From Candidatus Gottesmanbacteria bacterium (GTDB lineage: Bacteria; Patescibacteriota; Microgenomatia; UBA10105; UBA927): 51,107 nucleotides of DNA. Positions 17,634-26,183 of the stretch are shown here, in pieces. The stretch is from the NCBI GenBank assembly GCA_030679255.1, contig JAUXTO010000013.1, positions 256,189-307,295 on the forward strand, given 5' to 3'. Position numbers and translations under genes: made by a program. The first letter of the stretch is position 1; each line of letters begins with the position of its first letter. The notes beneath the pieces are model-generated. The model saw only the letters and a list, made by a program, of their open reading frames with translations, did not search any database and was not told where the DNA came from.

Positions 17634-19985
17634 ATGAAAACATCGTTTCCCATCATCGGTATGCATTGCGCAAGTTGCGCGCGGCTCATCGAAAAAAAGC
17701 TGAAGAAGACTCCGGGAGTGACAGACGCGATGGTCAATTATGGGAGCGAACAAGCATCTGTCGAGTTTGATGAGGCATCCTGCAATGTAGAAACGCTCGG
17801 GCGGGCGGTCGAGAATATTGGCTATAAAGCTATCATCGAGCCGATGACAGGGCCTGGCCCTGTCAAAAAAACAACGGATGAAATGAAAGAGGAAGCAAAA
17901 AAGAAAGAGCTCTCCGATCTCAAAATAAAAGTGGTTGTTTCAAGCGTTTTGAGTGTTTTCATCGTCCTTGGGAGTTTTCCGGAATGGTTTGGTGGGGCGA
18001 TGTCCGCCATCAGCGATCAGCTATCAGCAACGCTTACCAATCCCCTTGTGCTTCTCGGACTCACCATTCCCGTCCAATTTTGGGCCGGGTGGGGATTTTA
18101 TCAGGCTACGTGGTCGGGTCTTAAAAACCGCGCAGCAGGTATGGATACCCTGATTGCAATCGGCACGAGCGCCGCATTCGGATTTTCCGTCCTCACTACA
18201 CTTTTTGAACAGCAACTTCGCGCGGCGGGCTTCCCTATTATCATGTACTACGATACCGCGGCCGTCATCATAGCGCTCATCCTCCTCGGCCGGTATCTCG
18301 AGGCCAAAGCGAAGGCGCACACGAGCGACGCAATCAAAAAACTTCTCCATCTGCAGGCAAAGACTGCTCGCGTAATCCGAAATGGGCAAGAGATAGATAT
18401 ACCCATTGAAGAGGTCAAAACAGGTGATACGATCCGCGTCCGACCGGGAGAAAAAATCCCTGTAGACGGAAAAATTACCGACGGATCCTCAAGCATAGAT
18501 GAATCCATGGTGACCGGCGAGTCGATGCCCGTGGATAAAAAAATTGACGATCCGGTCATTGGCGCCACCATCAATAAAACCGGCACATTCCTCTTTTTGG
18601 CGACAAAAGTGGGAAGCGACACAATGCTTGCCCAAATTGTCACGATGGTTGCCCAAGCCCAAAGCTCACGCGCACCTATCGCGCGCCTTGCCGATGTCAT
18701 CTCCTCTTATTTTGTACCCATCGTTCTCATGCTTGCCGCGGCCACATTCGTCATCTGGTACGACGTCGGGTCATTTGCAGCTGCCTTCACCAACATGATT
18801 GCCGTCCTGATCATCGCCTGCCCCTGCGCGCTTGGCCTCGCGACCCCAACGGCCATCATGGTCGGAACAGGGCGGGGCGCAGAACGCGGAATCCTCATCA
18901 AAGACGCCCAGGCACTGGAGATTGCTCATAAAACAAAGATCGTAGTATTTGATAAAACCGGGACCCTTACCCGCGGCGAGCCCAAAGTCACCGATGCGGT
19001 GTTTGTCGAATCACTCAAAAATATCGATGAACTAAAAGCGGCAATAGTAGCCGTAGAAAAAAACTCAGAGCATCCATTGTCCAGGGCAATCGTAGATTAT
19101 ATCGGGGAGATAAGAGGGGTCAGGGATACAGGGGTAAAAAATTTCGCGGCTATTGAAGGGTTTGGCGTGAGAGGCGACGCAACCGTAGCCTCAAGGCCTG
19201 GCCTTGAGGCTAACACATTACGGGTGCTCGTGGGAAACAAAAAACTTATGGAAAAAGAGCGTGTTGGAGTGGAAACCTCACTGGATAAAAAAGCGAACGA
19301 ATGGATGCATGAGGGGAAAACACTTGCCTATGTCGCAGTCAACAATAAAAATGTCGCACTATTTGCAATAGCCGATACCATCAAGACGGAAGCCAAAGAG
19401 ATGGTCACTTCTCTCAAAAAAATGGGGATTGCCGTATGGATGATCACCGGGGATAACGAAGTGACGGCCCGTGCAATTGCCAAACAAGCGGGTATTGATA
19501 ACGTCCTTGCCGGTGTATTACCGCAGGAAAAAGCGGAAAAAATCAAAGAACTCAAGCAGTCGTCAGTCGTCAGTCGTCAGTCGTCAGATAGTCTGAAAGC
19601 TGAAGACAGACAGCTGAAGACTTCTGTCGTTGCGTTCGTTGGGGATGGGATCAATGACGCGCCGGCTCTTGCCTCCGCTGACGTCGGGATTGCGATGGGA
19701 ACCGGCACGGATGTGGCGATAGAATCAGCCGGTATCACACTCCTCAACCGCGATCTGCGCAGCGTAGTGACCGCGGTGAATCTCTCCCGCGTGACCCTTG
19801 GCATCATCAAACAAAATCTTTTCTGGGCATTTGGCTATAACGTCATCCTCATCCCTGTGGCCATGGGAGCACTCTACCCCATCACAGGATGGCTCCTGAA
19901 TCCCGCCCTCGCCGCATTTGCCATGGCGGCAAGCAGCATATCCGTCGTCGGTAATTCATTACGGTTGAAAGGAGTAAAAATATGA
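17634..19985 (+). CDS. copA: Copper-translocating P1B-type ATPase
   Basis: N-terminal HMA motif GMHCASC, TGES, the CPC transmembrane motif, DKTGTLT and [11 protein letters not shown], in a 783 aa protein. Confidence 0.96.
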   Translation: MKTSFPIIGMHCASCARLIEKKLKKTPGVTDAMVNYGSEQASVEFDEASCNVETLGRAVENIGYKAIIEPMTGPGPVKKTTDEMKEEAKKKELSDLKIKVVVSSVLSVFIVLGSFPEWFGGAMSAISDQLSATLTNPLVLLGLTIPVQFWAGWGFYQATWSGLKNRAAGMDTLIAIGTSAAFGFSVLTTLFEQQLRAAGFPIIMYYDTAAVIIALILLGRYLEAKAKAHTSDAIKKLLHLQAKTARVIRNGQEIDIPIEEVKTGDTIRVRPGEKIPVDGKITDGSSSIDESMVTGESMPVDKKIDDPVIGATINKTGTFLFLATKVGSDTMLAQIVTMVAQAQSSRAPIARLADVISSYFVPIVLMLAAATFVIWYDVGSFAAAFTNMIAVLIIACPCALGLATPTAIMVGTGRGAERGILIKDAQALEIAHKTKIVVFDKTGTLTRGEPKVTDAVFVESLKNIDELKAAIVAVEKNSEHPLSRAIVDYIGEIRGVRDTGVKNFAAIEGFGVRGDATVASRPGLEANTLRVLVGNKKLMEKERVGVETSLDKKANEWMHEGKTLAYVAVNNKNVALFAIADTIKTEAKEMVTSLKKMGIAVWMITGDNEVTARAIAKQAGIDNVLAGVLPQEKAEKIKELKQSSVVSRQSSDSLKAEDRQLKTSVVAFVGDGINDAPALASADVGIAMGTGTDVAIESAGITLLNRDLRSVVTAVNLSRVTLGIIKQNLFWAFGYNVILIPVAMGALYPITGWLLNPALAAFAMAASSISVVGNSLRLKGVKI
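18009..18029 (+). repeat. Three tandem ATCAGCN heptamers inside copA
   Basis: atcagcg atcagct atcagca (21 nt, in frame) encodes ISDQLSA. It is the same word as the 5884-5913 spacer repeat. Confidence 0.7.
19557..19621 (+). repeat. Heptamer word-repeat tract inside copA (in-frame insertion)
   Basis: (cagtcgt)x4 cagatag tctgaaa gctgaag acagaca gctgaag encodes [20 protein letters not shown], between the [11 protein letters not shown] helix and [15 protein letters not shown]. Confidence 0.85.
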
Positions 19986-20479
19986 ACAGTGATACGAAAA
20001 TCATCATCGGTGCGATTGCAGCAAGCGTTGTAATTATCGCGGGAGCGGTATTTCTTTTGGGTAAAGACAACAGTCCCAAGCGTGCTGCGCTCGGGGAAGC
20101 CACCATGACGATTGATAAAATATTTGAGGATTTCGGCGACATGAAGCCTGATGAGGAAAAAACCGCTGTATTTACCATCACCAATACCAGCGACTCTATC
20201 TTGCGGCTTTGGGGCGTCTCTACATCTTGCGACTGCACGTTTGCGAGCGTAATAATAGACGGTGTGGCGAGTGGAGAATTTAATATGCCCGCCCACATGA
20301 TCGCGTCACTGAAAAATTGGATCGGCGAAGTGCCTGCCAAACAAACGGCAACACTCAAGGTCACCTACAAGCCGAAAATCATGCCGGTGACCGGCATCGT
20401 CACGCGGCAAACACGGTTTGCAACCAATGATCCGAAGAATGCGGAAGTGGAGGTGTCGGTAAAGGCAAATGTACTCTGA
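19982..20479 (+). CDS. DUF1573-like membrane-anchored protein
   Basis: An N-terminal TM helix is followed by [27 protein letters not shown], typical of DUF1573. Its start overlaps the copA stop. Confidence 0.65.
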   Translation: MNSDTKIIIGAIAASVVIIAGAVFLLGKDNSPKRAALGEATMTIDKIFEDFGDMKPDEEKTAVFTITNTSDSILRLWGVSTSCDCTFASVIIDGVASGEFNMPAHMIASLKNWIGEVPAKQTATLKVTYKPKIMPVTGIVTRQTRFATNDPKNAEVEVSVKANVL

Positions 20480-20480
20480 G

Positions 20481-20520
20481 ATGTGTCTCATGGGGACCAA
20501 TGAGTCTTATGAGTCCCATG
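20481..20520. repeat. Word-repeat element, ATGAGTC family, copy 2 of 2
   Basis: atgtgtctcatggggaccaatgagtcttatgagtcccatg, with the same roughly 9-nt period and words as 4209-4250. Confidence 0.8.
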
Positions 20521-20524
20521 GAAT

Positions 20525-21361
20525 ATGAATATCATAAATACAGTATCGCTCATCACGGCCTTCTTCGGTGGTATGGTGGCACTCTTCGCCCCGTGCTGTA
20601 TCACCTATCTGTTGCCGAGCTATCTCGCAAATATTTTCCGCAGCCGCGAGAAGGTCGTCGCGATGACCATCATCTTTGGCCTGGGAATTGCCACGATCCT
20701 CGTCCCGATGGCCCTGGGCATACGGGCAGTGGGACAAATCTTCCAGCAATATCATACACAAACCTATATCGTGGGCGGCGCATTCATGATCCTCTTGGGA
20801 CTCATGGAACTTACCGGACGAAAAATTACGATTCCCATGATTCACCTGACGATTGACCTCACAAAACGGAATGACCCGTGGAGCGTCTATCTCATGGGGG
20901 TATTCTCCGGCATCACATCGTCCTGCTGCACACCGGTCTTGGCCGGAATCCTGACGCTCAGCTTTCTCTCTCCAACATTTTTCTGGGCGGGGCTTGCCGG
21001 GATCTTCTATGTATTTGGTATGGTCGTGCCGCTCGTCGTCATGGCCCTCATCCTCGAAAAAATGAATTGGGCCAAACTTCCGAAACTCAAAAATAAAACC
21101 ATACTCATCGCGGGAAAACATGTGTTGATCACTGACGCGATAGCGGGCGTCATCTTTATCCTGGTTGGCATCACCTTCACAATACTCGCCCTTACCGGTA
21201 ATATTGTCATGGGTCAAATCCAACCATTGGAACAAATGATGGGTACTGGTGTCGCAAGCGTCGTTCGGACGCTTCGCGCCATCCCCGGAAGTGAGCTCAT
21301 ATTTACCGTGTTGTTCATCATCAGTATTGGAGTATTCATTAGTAAAAGGAGGAAGTCATGA
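20525..21361 (+). CDS. CcdA/DsbD-family transmembrane thiol-disulfide transporter-like protein with vicinal Cys pairs
   Basis: Polytopic protein with FAPCCITYLLP in the first half and ITSSCCTPVLAG in the second. The DsbD_2-like repeat architecture carries CC where a single Cys is usual. Confidence 0.7.
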   Translation: MNIINTVSLITAFFGGMVALFAPCCITYLLPSYLANIFRSREKVVAMTIIFGLGIATILVPMALGIRAVGQIFQQYHTQTYIVGGAFMILLGLMELTGRKITIPMIHLTIDLTKRNDPWSVYLMGVFSGITSSCCTPVLAGILTLSFLSPTFFWAGLAGIFYVFGMVVPLVVMALILEKMNWAKLPKLKNKTILIAGKHVLITDAIAGVIFILVGITFTILALTGNIVMGQIQPLEQMMGTGVASVVRTLRAIPGSELIFTVLFIISIGVFISKRRKS

Positions 21362-22590
21362 AAAAACGATCCACGTCATTTGCTACGTCATTTTCCAAAT
21401 TACCGCATAAAAATATCGTACTATTTTTTATCATAGTGAGCATGACGCTCATCGCATTTAACCTCGGGAGAAATGAAACGCTTTTGCGTCGCCTCATTGC
21501 AAGTCCGTTAAGCGTCTTCCAATCATCAAAAGAATCCGTGTCTGCTAAAGAATTAAAAAAACTCCTTGCGAAAAAGGACTTTGCATTTATCAATGTCCAC
21601 ACCCCCTACGAAGGAGAAATAGAAAAAACCGATACATTTGTCGCCTACGATCAGATGGTCGCCCAAAGCGCGAGTTTACCAAAGGATAAAAATACGCCTA
21701 TCATCCTTTACTGCAAAACCGGCAGGATGAGTGGCGAAGCTATCGTAACCATGCAAAAAATGGGCTATACCAACGTCCGGCATCTCGTGGGCGGTATGGA
21801 TGCATGGACAAAAACAGGAGGAGCATTGCTCGACCTTTCTTCAATCGAAAAAGAGGTGTTGCCGGAGGGAGGCATTGAGCTTCCCATCACATGGGGAGAT
21901 ATTGGCCCGAGACTCATCGCTCTGGGTGTCATCGATGAAACGAAGTTTCGGAAAGCCGTGAACCTCACGCCTGAACAAGAAGAGATCCTCACCAAAGGGT
22001 CAGACAAAAAAATCACGATTGACACGACGAATGGGCAGTTTGTCGTAGACATGCTCTGGGCCATGGGCCTTGCCCAAAAAAGCATTGTCTATGAAGAAGG
22101 GCCTATGGGCCGGGAATATAAAAAGGATGCAGGAAACTTTGCCTCCACCGGCGGGTGGAGTCTCGCGCGCGGCGCGGCTATGCAGTACCTTAACCGGTTT
22201 GACCTCGTGGTACTCACCCCGGAGCAACAGAAAAAAGTCGGCGAAATTGCCCAAAATGTCTACCGCCCGTGTTGCGGCAACTCGACCTGGTTTCCCGACT
22301 GCAACCATGGCATGGCAGCCCTCGCTGCCATTGAACTCATGGTCGCGGCGGGAATTGATGAAAAAGCAATCTACCGCAACGTGCTCGCGCTCAACACCTA
22401 CTGGTTTAGTGATACGTATGTGACGATTGCCACACATTTTGCCCGCCAGGGAATCCCCTGGAAGGAGGTCGATGCAAAAATGATATTGGGCAAAGACTAT
22501 TCAAGTGCGCAGGGGGCACAGGCAATTGCCAAAAAAGTCGGTCCACTTCCCTACAAGCCGCAGCAACAAGGCGGGGGGTGTGGAGCCTGA
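21358..22590 (+). CDS. Membrane-anchored rhodanese-domain protein fused to an uncharacterised Cys-rich C-terminal domain
   Basis: The rhodanese region is FINVHTPYEGEI...IILYCKTGRMSGEA...GGMDAWTKTGG. The C-terminal roughly 250 aa contain RPCCGNSTWFPDCNHGMAALAAIEL and end in QQQGGGCGA. I do not recognise the C-terminal domain. Confidence 0.65.
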   Translation: MKKRSTSFATSFSKLPHKNIVLFFIIVSMTLIAFNLGRNETLLRRLIASPLSVFQSSKESVSAKELKKLLAKKDFAFINVHTPYEGEIEKTDTFVAYDQMVAQSASLPKDKNTPIILYCKTGRMSGEAIVTMQKMGYTNVRHLVGGMDAWTKTGGALLDLSSIEKEVLPEGGIELPITWGDIGPRLIALGVIDETKFRKAVNLTPEQEEILTKGSDKKITIDTTNGQFVVDMLWAMGLAQKSIVYEEGPMGREYKKDAGNFASTGGWSLARGAAMQYLNRFDLVVLTPEQQKKVGEIAQNVYRPCCGNSTWFPDCNHGMAALAAIELMVAAGIDEKAIYRNVLALNTYWFSDTYVTIATHFARQGIPWKEVDAKMILGKDYSSAQGAQAIAKKVGPLPYKPQQQGGGCGA

Positions 22591-22597
22591 CAATAAT

Positions 22598-22636
22598 CAA
22601 ATACTACCAATCCGACAAATACTACCAATACTACAA
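22598..22636. repeat. Word-repeat element, ACTACCAAT family, copy 2 of 2
   Basis: aaatactaccaatccgacaaatactaccaatactacaa, immediately before the ATG at 22637. Confidence 0.82.
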
Positions 22637-23506
22637 ATGAAAAAAGAAAGTAAACCCATTTTCTATGGAGCGCTTGCAAGTGTAGGACTCTTGAGCCTTT
22701 ACGCCGTCACGATGACTCTTTTGAGCGGTTGGGGGGCGGCGGTCGAGCAGTTTAGCGCTCTCTGGTATCTGATGGTTCCGCTTGCTGCCGGCTTTGGCAT
22801 ACAAGTTGGGCTGTACACAAAACTTAAAGCCACAATTCGGGAGCGATCCAAAGGAGCGATTGCTGCAGGCGGCACGTCTGCAGGGGCGTCGATGCTTGCC
22901 TGCTGCGTCCACCACGCGACGGATGTGCTCCCTCTCCTGGGGCTCTCCGGCCTAAGTTTATTTCTCACACAATTCCAAAAACCCATCCTCATCATAAGCT
23001 TGGGCATCAATGTTTTGGGCATCTACGTCATCTTCAAGCATATAAAACATGAAACGGTCTCCAAAACAACCTTAATACTCATGACTATTGCTTCCGTTAC
23101 TCTCCTTGCGGTATGGGGAATTGCAAGTCAACGCACGTTGAACGAAAAAACCTCACTATCCCCCGCTACGCTCGCATGGGAAACGAAAGAACACGTCGGC
23201 GGCAATGTCACGGTTGCAGTCACCCCCATCACACTCCGGCCGCTCTTTCCTGCATCATTTGACGTTGCCTTTGAAACACATTCCGTTGAACTCGACTTTG
23301 TGATCGAAAGTGTCGTCCGCCTCACTGATGAAAAAGGCACCCGTTATACGCCGCATTGGCAGGGTTCCCCTCCCGGAGGACACCACAGAAAAGGAACGCT
23401 CGTATTTACCCCGGATATACCCAAATTAACAATACTAACGTTAGAATTTATCAAAATCGCCGGAATCCCAAGCCGAACATTTAAATGGGAAGTCAATAAA
23501 CCATGA
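22637..23506 (+). CDS. Membrane protein with ACCVHH motif and a C-terminal soluble domain (function unknown)
   Basis: The start is assigned to MKKESKPIFYG because the upstream ORF-track extension crosses the spacer repeat. It has about 4-5 TM helices, the motif SMLACCVHHATDVLP, and a C-terminal part with GSPPGGHHRKGTLVF. Confidence 0.6.
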   Translation: MKKESKPIFYGALASVGLLSLYAVTMTLLSGWGAAVEQFSALWYLMVPLAAGFGIQVGLYTKLKATIRERSKGAIAAGGTSAGASMLACCVHHATDVLPLLGLSGLSLFLTQFQKPILIISLGINVLGIYVIFKHIKHETVSKTTLILMTIASVTLLAVWGIASQRTLNEKTSLSPATLAWETKEHVGGNVTVAVTPITLRPLFPASFDVAFETHSVELDFVIESVVRLTDEKGTRYTPHWQGSPPGGHHRKGTLVFTPDIPKLTILTLEFIKIAGIPSRTFKWEVNKP

Positions 23507-23679
23507 AAAAATTACTCATCCCGATACTCTGCGCTCTTCCCTTTGTGGGAATTGCGCTCTGGTTTATCACCGGGAAAAATGCCGGTAACCTCCTAACGTT
23601 TGGTCTTATTCTTGCGTGCCCGCTCTCGCATATGTTTTTGATGGGTCATGGGAATGCAAAAAAGGAGCATAAACACTAG
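23503..23679 (+). CDS. DUF2933-like small membrane protein
   Basis: 58 aa, below the ORF-track cutoff: MKKLLIPILCALPFVGIALWFITGKNAGNLLTFGLILACPLSHMFLMGHGNAKKEHKH. The ACPLxHxFxMxHG motif is present, and the start overlaps the previous stop as ATGA. Confidence 0.6.
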   Translation: MKKLLIPILCALPFVGIALWFITGKNAGNLLTFGLILACPLSHMFLMGHGNAKKEHKH

Positions 23680-23726
23680 TTTCTATTAAGGGAGCATGAG
23701 TGATGGGCTTAAGGTATTATAGAGAT

Positions 23727-23807
23727 ATGCAAACCATAACAATGTTTGAAGGCCAAAAAATCCGTCGGACATGGGATAGTAAAAAGGAAAAGTGGTATTT
23801 TTCGTAA
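23727..23807 (+). pseudogene. Bro-N-type N-terminal gene fragment
   Basis: MQTITMFEGQKIRRTWDSKKEKWYFS then a stop. It matches the FxGxKIRxxxxxxxxWxFS N-terminal pattern of the full Bro-N/DinD-like gene at 45364-46209 and is followed by the hairpin cggttac-aaacc-gtaaccg (23814-23832). Confidence 0.55.
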
Positions 23808-23923
23808 ACGAAACGGTTACAAACCGTAACCGGTCGAACGTGGTCAGCGGATCAAATTATCTTCCACAACTATTTAATAAGAAAAATAATATTATGCAAA
23901 CAGAAATTTTGTAATTCATTCTT

Positions 23924-24916
23924 ATGAAGGAAATACCAAAAACTCAAATCATAATCTACGAAGCAGAAAATGGTAAAACGCGCATAGAGGTGCGTTTTGA
24001 GAATGAAAATGCATGGTTGACGCAGAAACGAATAGCAGAATTGTTTGATTGTAGTATTGATAATGTTTCTTTGCATCTTAAAAATATTTTCTTTGAGCAC
24101 GAGCTTGATCCAAAAGCAGTAATCGAGGAATACTCGATAACTGCCAGCGACGGCAAGCAATACAGAACGAAACATTACAACCTGGAGGCCATTATCTCCA
24201 TCGGATACCGGGTAAATTCAATACGAGGCACCCAGTTTAGGATTTGGGCAACGGAGCGTCTTAAAGAATATATGATCAAAGGGTTTACCTTGGACGATAT
24301 CCGTCTCAAGCAAGGCGGACACAAGTCCAGATACTTTGAAGAACTTTTGCAACGCATCCGCGATATCCGCAGCAGCGAGCGGATGCTCTATCAAAAAATC
24401 ACGGATATATATGCAACAGCTATCGATTATCGTAAAGACGCCAAAGAAACAGAACTTTTTTTCCAGACGGTACAAAATAAGATGCACTACGCCGTAACCG
24501 GAAAAACTGCGGCCGAGATTATCTCCGAGCGCGCAAGTCACATCAAGCAAAATATGGGACTGACGAACTTCCCGGGGATGCATCCGATCAAACGCGATAT
24601 TTATATAGCGAAAAACTATCTTGATGAAAAAGAGCTGAAACTTCTCAACCGCGTTGTTGATGCTTATCTATCATTTGCTGAAATCCAAGCCCAAAGTGAA
24701 CATGTAATGAAAATGGCTGATTGGACTGGCAAACTTGATGAATATTTGTCTCTGATGGGGAAAGGAGTGCTTCAACATTCGGGTAGTGTGAGCGCAATTG
24801 ATGCCGAGACGAGAGCGGAGAAAGAATTTGCCTCCTATAAACGGGTGCAAGACAAAAACTACATTTCAGATTTTGATAAAATAGTAAAGAGGTTGGCAAA
24901 AAAAAGTAACAAATGA
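23924..24916 (+). CDS. RhuM-family protein
   Basis: IIIYEAENGKTRIEVRFENENAWLTQKRIAELFDCSIDNVSLHLKNIF...NLEAIISIGYRVNSIRGTQFRIWATERLKEY is a characteristic RhuM N-terminal and core sequence. The gene is visibly AT-richer than its neighbours. Confidence 0.85.
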   Translation: MKEIPKTQIIIYEAENGKTRIEVRFENENAWLTQKRIAELFDCSIDNVSLHLKNIFFEHELDPKAVIEEYSITASDGKQYRTKHYNLEAIISIGYRVNSIRGTQFRIWATERLKEYMIKGFTLDDIRLKQGGHKSRYFEELLQRIRDIRSSERMLYQKITDIYATAIDYRKDAKETELFFQTVQNKMHYAVTGKTAAEIISERASHIKQNMGLTNFPGMHPIKRDIYIAKNYLDEKELKLLNRVVDAYLSFAEIQAQSEHVMKMADWTGKLDEYLSLMGKGVLQHSGSVSAIDAETRAEKEFASYKRVQDKNYISDFDKIVKRLAKKSNK

Positions 24917-24985
24917 TAAAGAACAAAATAACATTCCCGGAACACAAAGAAGTGGGCATTATGAGTGAATTTACAGTAATCTGAT

Positions 24986-25120
24986 ATGCAAATAAAAACA
25001 ATCTTAACATGTCCAAAATGTGGAGAAGCGCAGAAAGCCACTATGCCAATAGATGCCTGCCAATATTTTTACAAATGCCAAAAGTGCGGTGAGATGTTAG
25101 AATCAAAACTAGGAATATGA
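24986..25120 (+). pseudogene. Truncated duplicate of the GDCCVxC gene 5' part
   Basis: MQIKTILTCPKCGEAQKATMPIDACQYFYKCQKCGEML then ESKLGI and a stop. Nucleotides 24986-25100 parallel 25987-26101, and the GDCCVxC motif itself is missing. Confidence 0.8.
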
Positions 25121-25152
25121 CAAACTGAAATTAGAGTTTACTGAAAAAACAC

Positions 25153-25974
25153 ATGATAAATAAAAGTAAAAAGATGATTGTTCAAGGTAGAGAAATAAAT
25201 ATTATTCTTCAAAAAGATAATGAAGATTTCATTTCCCTTACCGATATATTGAAAGCAAAGGATGGTGATTTCTTTATTTCCGATTGGCTCAGAAATAGAA
25301 ATACCGTTGAATTCCTGGGAATATGGGAAAAGCTACATAACCCAAATTTTAATTATGGCGAATTTGCCACAATTAAAAGTCAAGCAGGATTGAACAGTTA
25401 CAAAATAAGCGTAAAAGAGTGGGTCAAAAAGACGAACGCTGTCGGTCTCAAGGCAACTGCGGGACGGTATGGGGGGACATATGCCCATAAAGATATTGCT
25501 TTTGAATTTGGCATGTGGATCAGTCCTGAATTTAAAATTTATCTCATCAAAGAGTTTCAGAGACTAAAAAATGAAGAGAGTGAAAAATTACTCTTGGGTT
25601 GGGATATAAAACGCACGTTAGCAAAAATAAACTATAAAATTCATACAGATGCTATCAAAGAACATTTGATCCCTCTCCAACTTACGAAGCCAGAAGTCAA
25701 TGTAATCTATGCCACGGAGGCTGATGTACTTAATATGGCATTGTTTGGTAAAACCGCCAAAACGTGGCGTGATGAACATCCATCCAAAGACGGCAATATT
25801 CGTGATTATTCGAATGTAACTCAACTGGTGGTGCTGGCAAATCTGGAAGGAATAAACGCCGAACTTATCCGACGCAAATTGCCTCAAAATGAACGCTTAA
25901 TACAGCTAAATATTATTGCAATTACTCAAATACAGTCACTGGTAGGGAATAAATCAATACAGCAATTGAAATAA
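25153..25974 (+). CDS. KilA-N domain-containing protein
   Basis: FISLTDILKAKDGDFFISDWLRNRNTVEFLGIWE...AGRYGGTYAHKDIAFEFGMWISPEFKIYLIKEFQRL is a typical KilA-N domain. Confidence 0.85.
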   Translation: MINKSKKMIVQGREINIILQKDNEDFISLTDILKAKDGDFFISDWLRNRNTVEFLGIWEKLHNPNFNYGEFATIKSQAGLNSYKISVKEWVKKTNAVGLKATAGRYGGTYAHKDIAFEFGMWISPEFKIYLIKEFQRLKNEESEKLLLGWDIKRTLAKINYKIHTDAIKEHLIPLQLTKPEVNVIYATEADVLNMALFGKTAKTWRDEHPSKDGNIRDYSNVTQLVVLANLEGINAELIRRKLPQNERLIQLNIIAITQIQSLVGNKSIQQLK

Positions 25975-25986
25975 TATTGTTTCAAT

Positions 25987-26169
25987 ATGCAAACAGAAAC
26001 AAATTTGACCTGTCCAAGATGTGGAAAAGCGCAGAAGGCGACTATGCCCACCAATGCCTGTCAGCATTTCTATAAATGCCAAAAGTGCGGTGAGATGTTA
26101 AAACCAAAAGAGGGAGACTGTTGCGTCTTTTGTTCGTATGCCGATAGCAAGTGTCCGTCAAAGCAGTAG
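25987..26169 (+). CDS. GDCCVxC-domain small metal-binding protein
   Basis: 60 aa: CPRCG...CQKCGEMLKPKEGDCCVFCSYADSKCP. Confidence 0.8.
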   Translation: MQTETNLTCPRCGKAQKATMPTNACQHFYKCQKCGEMLKPKEGDCCVFCSYADSKCPSKQ

Positions 26170-26183
26170 GATCATGCCTTTCT

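Noticed and set aside
20507-21235. 242-aa minus-strand ORF rich in His, Asp and Glu
   Set aside because: It is antisense to the CcdA-like gene, which has clear TM-helix and Cys motifs. The composition mirrors the complement of hydrophobic codons.
22505-22636. N-terminal 44-codon extension of the ACCVHH membrane protein, overlapping the rhodanese gene
   Set aside because: The extension reads through the ACTACCAAT spacer repeat and overlaps the preceding gene by 86 nt. The ATG at 22637 gives a sensible N-terminus.
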